Program-made: the position numbers and the translations under genes | Shown here: positions 27,719 to 37,966 of the stretch, piece after piece | Layout: each line of letters begins with the position of its first letter | How positions within the stretch are numbered: position 1 is the first letter of the stretch | Notes under the pieces: generated by a model | What the model was told of the DNA's origin: nothing | Database searches by the model: none | The model's input: only the letters and a program-made list of their open reading frames with translations | From: Minisyncoccota bacterium | GTDB lineage: Bacteria; Patescibacteriota; Minisyncoccia; Minisyncoccales; RBG-13-42-11 | Assembly: GCA_041653495.1 (NCBI GenBank) | Contig: JBAZFF010000001.1 | Coordinates: forward strand, 4,987-68,986 | Reading direction: 5' to 3' | DNA: 64,000 nt

Positions 27719-28549
27719 TTAGAATTCCAGCTCCATAGCCGTAGCCTCAGGATAGTCTATGTGGCTCCTGAGCCTTTCTCTTCCGGAAGTCTTCCGGGAA
27801 GATTTGAGAACAGAGTATAGTCCCCCCTTCCGATGAAGCTTGAGGACTTTCTTGGCCATATATTCCGGATCTTCGGTCCAGGAAAATCGGACGAATCCGT
27901 CGGAAAAAATGATTAACCTTTTGATCCTGCTGGTCTCAAGGCTGAAGGTTGCGGCTACCTTCTCGAAATCATCTTCTCCGTTGATCAGGGCGTAAGTGCT
28001 ATTCACGTTTTGTTTACGCTCTCTGGCAAGAATCGGGAATAATTCCTTCCACATTTCCTGCCGATTTCCCCTGTGCTCTTTCATCAACGAGCTTATGATA
28101 TTTCTCAACCTCTGCTCGTAATCAAATGTCTGGCTCGGAGTCGCTCCGCATTCTCCGTCTTTCATTTCCCAAACACAGAGGCAATCTGCTCCCTGGATTA
28201 TCTCGGTATTTAAGTCCCCGATTCTTAGCGCCACAAATGCCGCAGAAAGCTTATGCCCCGGTCCGAGCAAGGTATATTCGCTTCCCTGGCAGACCTTTAG
28301 GGCAAGATTTGCCTTCTTTAACACATTCAGCAGCGATTCTTTCTCCTCCGCCCTCTCAAAAGTCTTCCTGAGTATCTCGGAAGCTAACTGGCCTCCAGTT
28401 CTTCCTTTAAATGTTCTCGGAACGTCCGTATATAATCCGCTGACGCCGTCAAACACTCCGGCAAATGGAAACCTGAAGATATGCCCGTCTTCTGCTATTT
28501 TCGCGCTTCCCTGACAATATAAATGGCTTTCCCTTACTGAAATTCCCAC
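27719..28549 (-). CDS. PP2C-like phosphatase domain protein
   Basis: ED, FDGVS, GADC, FSDG motifs. Confidence 0.7.
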   Translation of the reverse strand: MGISVRESHLYCQGSAKIAEDGHIFRFPFAGVFDGVSGLYTDVPRTFKGRTGGQLASEILRKTFERAEEKESLLNVLKKANLALKVCQGSEYTLLGPGHKLSAAFVALRIGDLNTEIIQGADCLCVWEMKDGECGATPSQTFDYEQRLRNIISSLMKEHRGNRQEMWKELFPILARERKQNVNSTYALINGEDDFEKVAATFSLETSRIKRLIIFSDGFVRFSWTEDPEYMAKKVLKLHRKGGLYSVLKSSRKTSGRERLRSHIDYPEATAMELEF

Positions 28550-28670
28550 AGAACACTGCTCCTCTCTTTGAAAATCATTCTATCGCACAATTACTCTAAA
28601 CTGTTTTAATCCGAAAGTCAAGCTGTGTTTATAGCTCCAACCAAACAAAAAACCAGCCTAGCGGCCGGCT

Positions 28671-29849
28671 TTATCTTCTTCTCCTGCTGTGATAGACCAT
28701 CCTCGGTTTCGCAAACTGCCTGCCAAGGCCCGGAATCGTAGACACATTCAGTTTCTTTTTTATAAGCCATTCTATAGCTCTAAGCTCAGCCTGTTCCGAT
28801 GGCATGACGAAAGAGATGGCTATGCCTTTATTTCCTGCCCGAGCGGTTCTTCCTATTCGGTGGACGTAATCTTCCGCCTGGGAAGGCAAGTCGTAATTGA
28901 TGACCACTTCTATCCCGGCCACGTCTATCCCCCTGGCCATTATATCCGTTGCGACAAGGACTTTATATTTTCCTGATTTAAAGCCGTCCAGAGCCATTTT
29001 CCTCTGGCCGAAAGTCCTGTCTGAATGCATTTCCGCCGCCTGGTACCCCATTTGAGATATTGCCTTTGCAACCTTGTGGGCTCCGTATCTGGTTCTGGCA
29101 AAAACCAAGGCTGATCCCGCATGCCTTGACAATATCTTTTCCAGCAGTATGATCTTTTCTTCCTTTGAAACTATAAAAATATCCTGGGATACGGTTTCAA
29201 CCGTCGTCCCGGCCGGAGCTATCTCAATCCTGACGGGAAGCTTCATTTCGGCAGAAGCGATTTTCATGACGTCGGAAGACAGAGTGGCGGAAAAAAGCAT
29301 CGTCTGCCTTTCTTTCGGAACAACTTTTAGAATTTCCTTTATCTGGGGCAAAAAGCCCATGTCCAACATGCGGTCAGCTTCGTCTAAGACAAGGATGTTC
29401 ACCTTAGAAAGACTGGCCGTCCTTTGGTGCAAATGGTCTATCAGCCTTCCGGGCGTTGCGACAATAATGTCGGGATTCCTGCGAAGATCTGATATTTGGG
29501 GCCTGATGGGGACACCCCCTATCAAGACTGCCGTCTTTAAGCCGATGGTATTCCCCAGCCTGTGAAGCTGGAGGTCTGTCTGCATGGCCAACTCCCTGGT
29601 CGGAGAAAGAACCAATCCCATGCCCTTGGTCTGGGCCAGGCGCTGGATCATCGGTATTCCGAAAGCCAGGGTCTTTCCTGTCCCTGTTTGAGCGACTCCC
29701 ACTATGTCTTTCCCCTCAATAGCGACTGCGATTGACTGGTGCTGGATGGGAGTGGGCTTTACATAAGAAAGCTTTCTCAATATCTCAAGCATGCCGGGAG
29801 CTATCCCTAATCCGTAAAATGTTAAATCTTCTTTTTTATTATTATCCAT
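28671..29849 (-). CDS. DEAD-box RNA helicase (RhlE-like)
   Basis: AQTGTGKT, PTREL, DEAD, SAT, ARGID, HRIGRTAR. Confidence 0.96.
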   Translation of the reverse strand: MDNNKKEDLTFYGLGIAPGMLEILRKLSYVKPTPIQHQSIAVAIEGKDIVGVAQTGTGKTLAFGIPMIQRLAQTKGMGLVLSPTRELAMQTDLQLHRLGNTIGLKTAVLIGGVPIRPQISDLRRNPDIIVATPGRLIDHLHQRTASLSKVNILVLDEADRMLDMGFLPQIKEILKVVPKERQTMLFSATLSSDVMKIASAEMKLPVRIEIAPAGTTVETVSQDIFIVSKEEKIILLEKILSRHAGSALVFARTRYGAHKVAKAISQMGYQAAEMHSDRTFGQRKMALDGFKSGKYKVLVATDIMARGIDVAGIEVVINYDLPSQAEDYVHRIGRTARAGNKGIAISFVMPSEQAELRAIEWLIKKKLNVSTIPGLGRQFAKPRMVYHSRRRR

Positions 29850-29852
29850 ATA

Positions 29853-31637
29853 TTATTCTCTCCTTGCCTTTGATCTCTCGTTCTCTGCCAAATATTTCTT
29901 CCTGAGCCTTACGGACTTTGGAGTCACCTCCAAATACTCATCTTTGTCCATAACCTCCAATCCGCTTTCAATAGAAAGCGTTCTCGGAGGCGTAAGCTTA
30001 ATAGCGTCATCCGAACCGGCAGCTCTCATGTTGGTCAAGTGCTTGCCGCGAATCGGATTCACGACCATCTGGACTCCTTTGGAGGTATCTCCTATTACCA
30101 TGCCTTCGTAAACTTCAATATTGGCTCCGACATACAGATTCCCCCTGAGCTGCAGATTATCCAGAGACCAAGCGAGAGTCTTTCCGGTAAATCCGGAAAT
30201 CATGGAGCCTGCCTGCCTGTGTTCTATTTCTCCCACATGGGGGCGATAGCCTATAACCCTGGTAGACAGTATTCCCTCTCCTTTAGTATCCATAATAAAC
30301 TGGTTCCTGTATCCGAATAATCCCCTGGTCGGTCCTTCAAAACTCATTACAGCCCTTCCTCCTTCCAGTTTCATCTGCAGCATCTGGGCCGCCCTCATGC
30401 CAAGCCTTTCAATAACTATCCCTTGGCATTCCTCCGGAACATCGGCAATAATCTCTTCAAAAGGCTCGTGGTCCTTCCCGTCAATCTTCTTGATAATAAC
30501 CTGGGGTTGGGAAACCTGAAGCTCGTATCCCTCCCTTCTCATGTTCTCAATCAGAATGGCAATATGCAGTTCCCCCCTGCCCCTGACGACAAACCTGTCG
30601 GCAGACTGGGAAAAATCTATTTTCAATCCGACATTGACTTCAAGCTCTTTCTCCAGCCTCTCCCTAAGATGCCTGCTTGTCACGTACTTTCCTTCCTTTC
30701 CGGCGAAAGGAGAATCATTCACCAGGAAATTCAATTCTATCGTCGGTTCGTCCACGGAAATGTCCTCCAGCAAGGGCTCTTCTAGAAGCTTAGATAGCGT
30801 ATCTCCTATGTAGACGTCGGGCAATCCTGCAATCATGGCAATGTCCCCGGCAGAAATGCTTTCCGCCTCTTTCCTGTGCACGCCCTCGAAAGTAAACAAT
30901 TTAGTAATCTTATAGCTCTTGCTCTCGCCCGAATGCTTTTTCAAATAAACAGCATCTCCTAATTTTGTCGTCCCCTTGTAAACCCTGACTATTGCCATCC
31001 TGCCCAAAAAGTTATCATAGGCCAGATTGAAGGCCTGGGCGGAGAACGGCTGTTCAATGTCTTTTGAAGCGACGGGAACGTGCTTTAAGACCATGTCTAA
31101 AACAGGAGTTATGTCCTTTGCTTCGTCCGATAAATTATTCTTAGCTAATCCGTCCCTGGCTATTGCATATACCACGGGGAAATCCAATTGCTTGTTGTCT
31201 GCCCCCAGTTCAGCAAACAGCTCAAAAACCTCTTCATGAACCCTGTTCGGGTCGGCAGCGGGCTTGTCTATCTTGTTTATGATCAATATCGGCCTCAACC
31301 CCAATTCCAAAGACTTCTTCAAAACAAACCTCGTTTGGGGCATCGGCCCTTCCTGGGCGTCCACTACCAGCAAAACAGAATCAATTGACTTTAGGACCCT
31401 TTCCACTTCCGAACCGAAATCGGCGTGTCCCGGAGTATCCACGATATTGATTTTCGTCCCCTTGTAGAAAACAGTGGCATTCTTTGAATATATGGTAATG
31501 CCGCGCTCTTTTTCGAGTGCGTTTGAATCCATGCTCTCTCCGGTTTCCATCGCTCCCGTATATCTCAAGATGGCGTCCGTAAGCATTGTTTTACCATGGT
31601 CTACATGGGCTATTATTGCTATGTTTCTGATCTCCAT
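29853..31637 (-). CDS. typA: Translational GTPase TypA/BipA
   Basis: [39 protein letters not shown]. Confidence 0.97.
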   Translation of the reverse strand: MEIRNIAIIAHVDHGKTMLTDAILRYTGAMETGESMDSNALEKERGITIYSKNATVFYKGTKINIVDTPGHADFGSEVERVLKSIDSVLLVVDAQEGPMPQTRFVLKKSLELGLRPILIINKIDKPAADPNRVHEEVFELFAELGADNKQLDFPVVYAIARDGLAKNNLSDEAKDITPVLDMVLKHVPVASKDIEQPFSAQAFNLAYDNFLGRMAIVRVYKGTTKLGDAVYLKKHSGESKSYKITKLFTFEGVHRKEAESISAGDIAMIAGLPDVYIGDTLSKLLEEPLLEDISVDEPTIELNFLVNDSPFAGKEGKYVTSRHLRERLEKELEVNVGLKIDFSQSADRFVVRGRGELHIAILIENMRREGYELQVSQPQVIIKKIDGKDHEPFEEIIADVPEECQGIVIERLGMRAAQMLQMKLEGGRAVMSFEGPTRGLFGYRNQFIMDTKGEGILSTRVIGYRPHVGEIEHRQAGSMISGFTGKTLAWSLDNLQLRGNLYVGANIEVYEGMVIGDTSKGVQMVVNPIRGKHLTNMRAAGSDDAIKLTPPRTLSIESGLEVMDKDEYLEVTPKSVRLRKKYLAENERSKARRE

Positions 31638-31785
31638 ATAAATAAAAAATCTTCTCGGCAACGCAAGAAGATTGCATAAATAAGTAAGAATTTATCTCTC
31701 TGCGGTCGCTTGATTCGTTTAGGATACCATATTTTAACAAAAAGTCAAAATAAAATAGCCCGTCAGGGCTACTTTATCAAATATC

Positions 31786-31983
31786 TTATATTTTCTTTAC
31801 GTTCACGGCGTTAGGTCCCTTGGGAGAATCTCCTTTCTCGAAAGACACTCTGTCGCCCACCTGCAAGTCTTCGAAATTTACGTCTTTCAACTCGTTCTTG
31901 TGAAAGAATAAATCCTTTTCTTCACCGTCTACGGTGATGAACCCGAAGCCCTTGTCTATGAGGTTTTTAATTGTTCCTTCCAT
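31786..31983 (-). CDS. csp: Cold-shock protein
   Basis: KGFGFI, LFFH, KGPNAVNV. Confidence 0.95.
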   Translation of the reverse strand: MEGTIKNLIDKGFGFITVDGEEKDLFFHKNELKDVNFEDLQVGDRVSFEKGDSPKGPNAVNVKKI

Positions 31984-32111
31984 GTTAAATAGGATGTTTA
32001 TAATATGAAAAACTCGACTAAATTTTCAACAAGGTCATATTAGCACAATCTGCAAATTAATCAACAAATAAAGAGACAAAGAACCGCAGGACAAGCCTGC
32101 GGCATTTTATG

Positions 32112-33497
32112 CTATTCTGCCAGGTCTATCATCGGCACGCTTATTTCCTGTTCCATCATTCCCCCGACCAAGGGGACTACGACATCGCTCCCGTAATAAT
32201 ATTTGTAGTTCTCAATGTTCTCAACCGGGAAGATCAGCGAAGGGACCAGCAGTTCAAAAGATTCGCTGCCGTCGTACTTCCAAGTCTGCACTAATGCGTA
32301 AATGGGGGTTCCCATCCTTATTTCCACGGTCTTTGCGGCCTGCTCGTAAACGTAGCTTCCCTGGATTCCTCCTTTTTTGGCGTAGGAAATGATCTGTTCC
32401 TTGGTCAGATCTGAATCGTAATCGGAGCTCTGGAAATTCCCTGCGTTTATATTGCTGACGTTGGCCACTTTTCCCGTTCTGAAATCCACCACCACATTCA
32501 GCCCGTATTTGTATCCCGACTGGCTGTAAACGTCATTCCCTTCTATCTGCAGAGGATAAACTACAGTGGCCGACTCTGTAATCGCGTCCTCAATGTTTGC
32601 ATGCCCGATTACTTCTCCGCTCCCGAAGGCGGAGTGGTCTATATTGTAATTCGAAAGAAACTTATCCGCTATCTCTATAGCCTTGGAATCGGGCAACTGG
32701 GCAAAGGATGACTGCTGGTTTTCCCTGCCGTCATAATACCCGGGCCACTTTTCCCAGTTTTGGCCAATGTACACAATATTCTCTTTAGGATATGCGTATA
32801 AAATGTATCCTTGATCCTTATCCTCGGATATCTGAATGCTGTCCACCTTTAAATTGCTGAACTTGCCGATATCGACTCCGTCCAGTTTTATCCCTTTTAG
32901 CAGGCCGGATAAGGAATCATTGTATTCCAAAGTCTTCTTGTAAACCGTCACCTTTCCGTTCTGGATGTCGAAATCCTCTCCCGCATAAACATATTCGTAA
33001 TTCACCAGATCCGGAAACACCATAGATGTCTCGCTGTCTAGGGCAGACGGAGCGCTCTTGGAATCGTTCCCGTCGCCAGCTCCTCCTAATCCGAATTTCT
33101 CTGAGCTGCCTATGTAATCCTGGGCGCTTTCCTCGGATGAATCTGCCGAGAACGTGATTTCTCCGAAGGCATTGTCCTTCGCCCTGTCCACCACCAGGCC
33201 TTGTATCGATTGCTCGGGAAGGTTGATAAAAGATATTAAAGCCAGCAGAATCACCGCTGTTCCGGCAAAAGCGTAAGACAATTTGCTGAATGAAAATCTA
33301 GGTCTTTCCTCTCTTAATGATTTCGACATTTCCAAAACCCTGGCCCTGAGGCTGGAAACGAAATTCTCGTCTATCGCGCTGTCCGGCTTTGAAAGCAGAA
33401 GCTCCTGGATCAGCTTTATTAAATATTCCTCCTGGGGCTGCAGGCTCTTATCAATGGAATATATGTCTTTTAATATTTGTTTTATTTTCTTATCCAT
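32112..33497 (-). CDS. Membrane-anchored putative anti-sigma factor
   Basis: Downstream of an ECF sigma. Cytoplasmic N-terminus (DENFVSSLR), one TM segment and a large extracellular domain. Confidence 0.6.
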   Translation of the reverse strand: MDKKIKQILKDIYSIDKSLQPQEEYLIKLIQELLLSKPDSAIDENFVSSLRARVLEMSKSLREERPRFSFSKLSYAFAGTAVILLALISFINLPEQSIQGLVVDRAKDNAFGEITFSADSSEESAQDYIGSSEKFGLGGAGDGNDSKSAPSALDSETSMVFPDLVNYEYVYAGEDFDIQNGKVTVYKKTLEYNDSLSGLLKGIKLDGVDIGKFSNLKVDSIQISEDKDQGYILYAYPKENIVYIGQNWEKWPGYYDGRENQQSSFAQLPDSKAIEIADKFLSNYNIDHSAFGSGEVIGHANIEDAITESATVVYPLQIEGNDVYSQSGYKYGLNVVVDFRTGKVANVSNINAGNFQSSDYDSDLTKEQIISYAKKGGIQGSYVYEQAAKTVEIRMGTPIYALVQTWKYDGSESFELLVPSLIFPVENIENYKYYYGSDVVVPLVGGMMEQEISVPMIDLAE

Positions 33498-33521
33498 ACA
33501 CTGTTTAATACGCCGCTTAAT

Positions 33522-34049
33522 CTAAAAAAGTAACAGGGACAGAAAAGCGGAAAGGGGCATGTCTTCCCTGAGCTTCTTCATGGTCCTTGAGAACAGCACT
33601 TTGCAGTTGTTCTCCGTCTTTCCCATAATCTCGGCTATCTCCCTGTAGGAATAATCCCCCCAGACTCTCAGGAGCACTACTTCCCTCTGTTCCGGCTTCA
33701 ACGCTTTCAGATATTTCCTGACCTTCTGCAGCTTCTGGGCGGCTTCTATATCCCTCTCTATGTCCGTATCGTCTGCCAAATCCCACACATCCTCCACGTT
33801 GATATTGGATTTCCTGGTCCTGTAGAAATCAATTACGTTATTCCTGGCTATGGCATAAAGCCAGGAGGAAAAAGATCCTCTCTCCCCGTCAAAGTCGGAA
33901 AGCTTGTTCAGAGCCTTCGCGAAAGTCTGGCTGGTAAGGTCCTCCGCAGTCTCTTTGTGGTGGGTCTTGTAATAAATGAAATTATAAATTCGCCTTACGT
34001 ATTTATCGTAAACTCCCCCGAAATCTTCAATTTTTACCGTTTGGGCCAT
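33522..34049 (-). CDS. ECF RNA polymerase sigma factor
   Basis: AEDLTSQTF, SWLYAIARNNVIDFYR, YSYREIAEIMG. Confidence 0.93.
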   Translation of the reverse strand: MAQTVKIEDFGGVYDKYVRRIYNFIYYKTHHKETAEDLTSQTFAKALNKLSDFDGERGSFSSWLYAIARNNVIDFYRTRKSNINVEDVWDLADDTDIERDIEAAQKLQKVRKYLKALKPEQREVVLLRVWGDYSYREIAEIMGKTENNCKVLFSRTMKKLREDMPLSAFLSLLLF

Positions 34050-34080
34050 ATTAAAAGAATACGAAAAAAGCGGCAAAAAG

Positions 34081-35268
34081 TTAAAAGTAAGGAGAATAGA
34101 CTGAGCCGGCCTGCAATGCCGCCTTGGGCAGGATGACCGTTACGGACCCGAAAGCCCCGAAAGCCACCTGGTACCTCTGAAAATAGATTATAAGGCTGTC
34201 TTCGTTAAAGTTGAAATTCTCATAGTTCTCCCAGTCGGGGCCCGCTCCCTGGTCCACCCATTCTTCCAAAGAAGTGTCTATTTGGGTTCCGGATTGCTCC
34301 AGCTGATAGATAACGTCTGCTATGGCCAGTTCGGACAGCCGAATCAGAGATTCCTGAGAAGAATCAAGGAAATCTATGATTGAAACCTGCCTCTTTTCCT
34401 TAAGATCATAGTTGAAAGCTAAGACTTCGTTCGTCCCGTGGGCGCCGCCTTCGTAATAATAGATGTCCAACACGAAGTTTATCTGCCCGTCTGAAACTAA
34501 GACGGGGCTCCATTGGCAGATAAAATCAAACGGGGCCTCCGGATATTCCGAGACTTCTTCCCCGGGCAGAGCAGTCTCCTTCCTCGCCTCCCAAGCCTCC
34601 ATTGCGTTTACCTTAAACAGCTCAACTTTGTCGGAAAGGAGCTGGAGTATCTGGGCATTGAAGGCATTTTCCGCTCCTGCAATCTGCGGATACCTTACGT
34701 TTATATTGTAAAACTCGTCCTGGCGGATAATGAATCCTTCCGTAATAGATTGTTCGGCAGCTGTAGGATCTTCAAACAGGAAACAGTCTGGCGGACGGAA
34801 GGTAAAGAATGTAAACAGGGAAAACAGGGCCAGAATCAATAATACGAATATCTTGTTAAGCCCGAAAGAGAAATCCCGCCTGGTCATTATGAATATGCTC
34901 GCTAACTGCCCTATTATAACAGCCAAAACGAATATTGAGATATCCAGGGCCAAAAGATTGTATCCTAAAATGGCCTTGTAGGAATAGAAGAATGCTGCTA
35001 TTAGGACCGGAATCAGGATAAGACTTACCGCCTTTGCCAGCCAGAAATTATTGGCTCGGAGCTTAAAGAGAAAATATTCCAGAAGAGCAAAAATAAATGC
35101 GGGAACTGCGGCCAGCTTCAAATGCTCCCATGTGCTCTCGTTTACCGCCGAGAAAACCCCCGCTATCTGGTTCCCTCCCGACCAGCCGTAAGTATAATGC
35201 AGCACGCTCCCCAAGATGGAAATGAAAAACATTCCCAGAATCTCCAGTCTTATTATTTTAGAGTTCAT
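34081..35268 (-). CDS. Membrane protein (NESTWEHLKL, DUF6512-like) fused to an RsiV/DUF3298-like domain
   Basis: N-terminal five TM segments with NESTWEHLK; C-terminal YEGGAHG...YFQRYQVA. Confidence 0.65.
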   Translation of the reverse strand: MNSKIIRLEILGMFFISILGSVLHYTYGWSGGNQIAGVFSAVNESTWEHLKLAAVPAFIFALLEYFLFKLRANNFWLAKAVSLILIPVLIAAFFYSYKAILGYNLLALDISIFVLAVIIGQLASIFIMTRRDFSFGLNKIFVLLILALFSLFTFFTFRPPDCFLFEDPTAAEQSITEGFIIRQDEFYNINVRYPQIAGAENAFNAQILQLLSDKVELFKVNAMEAWEARKETALPGEEVSEYPEAPFDFICQWSPVLVSDGQINFVLDIYYYEGGAHGTNEVLAFNYDLKEKRQVSIIDFLDSSQESLIRLSELAIADVIYQLEQSGTQIDTSLEEWVDQGAGPDWENYENFNFNEDSLIIYFQRYQVAFGAFGSVTVILPKAALQAGSVYSPYF

Positions 35269-35272
35269 ACTA

Positions 35273-35704
35273 TTAAAAATTAATTACTTGAGCCTTGGCG
35301 GTTTTCCCTTCCGCTGACGGCCAGAAGGATATGCTGCCGTGGGCTATCCTGAATATCGAAAGCCTCGGGTCTGTTGGGCCTTTGGCGCCGAACTCAATAA
35401 GAAAAGGCCTGTCTTTCAACATTTTTTCTTTCAGGGGCTGGTCTTCCAAAAATTCAACCTCTCCCCTGACTCTCATCATAGAGCATGGGTCTGCCTTGTC
35501 TTTAGAAAAAAAGCATACTTCTATGTTGGGATTGTTTCTCAGCTGCGCATCAACGCTCTTGAAAGTCCAGGCCTGAAAGTAAAATCCATCCTTAGAGGCA
35601 AACCAAAGACCCATCATCCTCACTCTGGGTTTCCCGTCTTCCACGGTAGCCATGGAGCAGTCCCTTATTTTATTTGCGAGCTCAATAGAGTCTTTAAAGT
35701 CCAT
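35273..35704 (-). CDS. Pyridoxamine 5'-phosphate oxidase-family FMN-binding protein
   Basis: MATVEDGKPRVR, QLRNNPNIEVCF, RVRGEV. Confidence 0.85.
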   Translation of the reverse strand: MDFKDSIELANKIRDCSMATVEDGKPRVRMMGLWFASKDGFYFQAWTFKSVDAQLRNNPNIEVCFFSKDKADPCSMMRVRGEVEFLEDQPLKEKMLKDRPFLIEFGAKGPTDPRLSIFRIAHGSISFWPSAEGKTAKAQVINF

Positions 35705-35763
35705 ACTTCATTTTAACAGATTCAAAGCGATAATCAATTTGCAATAAAAAGGGCCGGTAATCC

Positions 35764-36045
35764 TTACCGGCCAGAAAGACCTAAAACTTCTTCTGCCTCC
35801 CTCACAAGGCAGAAAGTGATGAAAACGTTCTTGTATTTCTCAAGCTCTTCCCTTGTCAGGAAGGCTGCGAAGGCTGAACGTCTCGTCCACTTCTCTTTTC
35901 CTATTTTCTTCACTTTCCCGTCTATATTGACGAAGACGAAGTCAATCCTGCTTTCCCAAGTCGTTGTGTTCATCTTCCCCTTATAGACATTCAGCTTGCA
36001 ATCAAGGATGTAAACATTGATCTTGAAATCGTTTCTTTTCTTCAA
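35764..36045 (-). CDS. Hypothetical protein
   Basis: 93-aa ORF with AGGAGG RBS and a terminator hairpin. Confidence 0.55.
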   Translation of the reverse strand: MKKRNDFKINVYILDCKLNVYKGKMNTTTWESRIDFVFVNIDGKVKKIGKEKWTRRSAFAAFLTREELEKYKNVFITFCLVREAEEVLGLSGR

Positions 36046-36101
36046 CGCATTGCCTCCTTAATCTAGTGATTACAACAGCTTAATATTTTGGTTAAATAAA
36101 A

Positions 36102-36326
36102 TCAATACCCTATCACTTCGAATATTTTGTTCCTTTCCGTAAATCCCTTCACCAGCCTGATTTTAGAAACAGGGACTTTAAAATAAAAAGAGAGTGTCTG
36201 CACCACTTCCCTGTTAGCCAGCCCCATTACGGGCTTTGCTTTCACTTTTATTTCAAAGCTGTCCGGATCCTTCTTTATTATTTCGTTCTCTTTTGAACAG
36301 GGATATACTTTTACTTTTATCAACAT
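36102..36326 (-). CDS. DUF167 / YggU family protein
   Basis: KVKVYP, KAKPVMGLAN, IRLVKG. Confidence 0.85.
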   Translation of the reverse strand: MLIKVKVYPCSKENEIIKKDPDSFEIKVKAKPVMGLANREVVQTLSFYFKVPVSKIRLVKGFTERNKIFEVIGY

Positions 36327-36327
36327 A

Positions 36328-36810
36328 TTAGCGGAAGAAAGATGCGACAAAAAATCCGAACATCACCAGGCCGAATATAAGCTTTAGCAATGTCCCGAAC
36401 AGGAATCCTATTACGGCTCCGAAAGCGGAACTGAAAGCCTGGCTCCTTTCCTTGCCTGAAATCAATTCTCCGGCTAAGGCCCCCAGGAAAGGCCCCAAAA
36501 TCAGGCCAATCGGGCCCAAAGTGGCCACCCCCAGAAGAGTTCCGAGGAAAGCTCCGACGACCCCCCATTTCCCCGACTTGTATTTCTTGGCTCCCAGCAA
36601 GGGCGCAAGGAAATCCAACAGAAAGAATAATACGGTAATTACTGAAAATACTATTAAAGTCGCGAGGGAGATCGTTTCAAACCCGGTTTTGGAGGCATAA
36701 ATAAAGATCCCCAGCCAGACAAAAGCAATCCCCGGGAGGAAAGGAATTATTATTCCGATGAGCCCGACAATAATCAGAACAAAACAAAGTATGACTATTA
36801 GAATATCCAT
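36328..36810 (-). CDS. DUF456 (YqgC-like) membrane protein
   Basis: PFLPG, GAKKYKSGKWG, GLILGPFLGA. Confidence 0.85.
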   Translation of the reverse strand: MDILIVILCFVLIIVGLIGIIIPFLPGIAFVWLGIFIYASKTGFETISLATLIVFSVITVLFFLLDFLAPLLGAKKYKSGKWGVVGAFLGTLLGVATLGPIGLILGPFLGALAGELISGKERSQAFSSAFGAVIGFLFGTLLKLIFGLVMFGFFVASFFR

Positions 36811-36891
36811 GACACTATTGATTCTCACACTTTTCCCCTTTTTTGCAAATAAAATGGCTGGAGGTCGCCCGCCAGCCATCTAAAGAACGGT

Positions 36892-37389
36892 TTAAGCAGC
36901 TACTAACTCGGAATGCTTAAGGACATATCTCTCCAGCGGAATAAACTCTAGCAAGAGTCTTTGGCCGCCGAGATCTAGCCCTAGGGGGTCAGGACAGGGC
37001 AATCTTTTACCCGACGCGTCTATTAGGCCGCTCTTTCCGGCTTCTCCATCCGATAGCGTAATGGCGACCTGGGCGCTCAATGAGCTGACCATCATATCCC
37101 AAGAAAGGAAGACTCCGTTTGAGAGTTCAACTTCGGCAAACCTTTGATCTTCCTGGTCCTGAAGGTTCAGGGAATCAACCAGTAAAGAATATAATCCTGT
37201 GTCATATTCAAAGGTGACTGAAGACTTCATATCTAACGCTTCCAGAGTGATTCCTTCCTCTTCAATTCTTCCGAAGTTTGCTGTGACTTCCCACAAGTTC
37301 CAAAGAAAATGGGATATCAGCAAGGGATCGCCTTTTGGAACAAATTTGGGACTAAAGTCATTTTTCACTTGAAAGATCTTTCTATCCAT
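36892..37389 (-). CDS. Hypothetical protein
   Basis: 165-aa ORF with AGGAGG RBS. Confidence 0.6.
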   Translation of the reverse strand: MDRKIFQVKNDFSPKFVPKGDPLLISHFLWNLWEVTANFGRIEEEGITLEALDMKSSVTFEYDTGLYSLLVDSLNLQDQEDQRFAEVELSNGVFLSWDMMVSSLSAQVAITLSDGEAGKSGLIDASGKRLPCPDPLGLDLGGQRLLLEFIPLERYVLKHSELVAA

Positions 37390-37524
37390 ATTTCCTCCTT
37401 ATGAAAAAACTTATTGTTAAATAATAGCAAAGAGAGAAGCAAATGGCAAAAGACTTTATCTTTTAAAATGTTTGTATTATCATTCTCTAAAGAGGGATTT
37501 GTACTTTTAGAGAGGAGTTATATT

Positions 37525-37923
37525 TTGAAGAAAGATGACAGAAAAAAATTCCACGAACGCAGGGCTGAAAAGAGGGAGCAGAAATGGATGGAGTCAACAG
37601 AGATAACGAAGCATCACGTTTTCTCTAGGAAGTTGTTCTTCTGGTTAAAGAATCTTAAGTGGAACAAGAATAATCTTCCCAGAAATCTGCATACTGCGTA
37701 TCACGCTCTTTTTAACCACTTGTCACCCGAGAGAATCGCACGGTATCTTCAGGTCATCTTTTCCCGACATCTGGCTTTCCTGATTCTGCAGGAATTGAAT
37801 GAAAAGATATGGAAAGGATTATTTAAGATAGAGGAGGAAAAAGAGAGGATAAGAATAACCCTAAGAGAGCCGTTTAAGAGCGAAGCGGAGGCGGCGGAAG
37901 CTAAAGCAGAACATAGAAAATAG
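37525..37923 (+). CDS. Hypothetical protein with HNH-like motif
   Basis: TKHHVFSR...N...LHTAYHALF. TTG start after AGAGGAG. Confidence 0.5.
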   Translation: MKKDDRKKFHERRAEKREQKWMESTEITKHHVFSRKLFFWLKNLKWNKNNLPRNLHTAYHALFNHLSPERIARYLQVIFSRHLAFLILQELNEKIWKGLFKIEEEKERIRITLREPFKSEAEAAEAKAEHRK

Positions 37924-37966
37924 TACGCTTAAACAAAAAGCCCCTTTTGGCAAGGGGCTTTTATTA

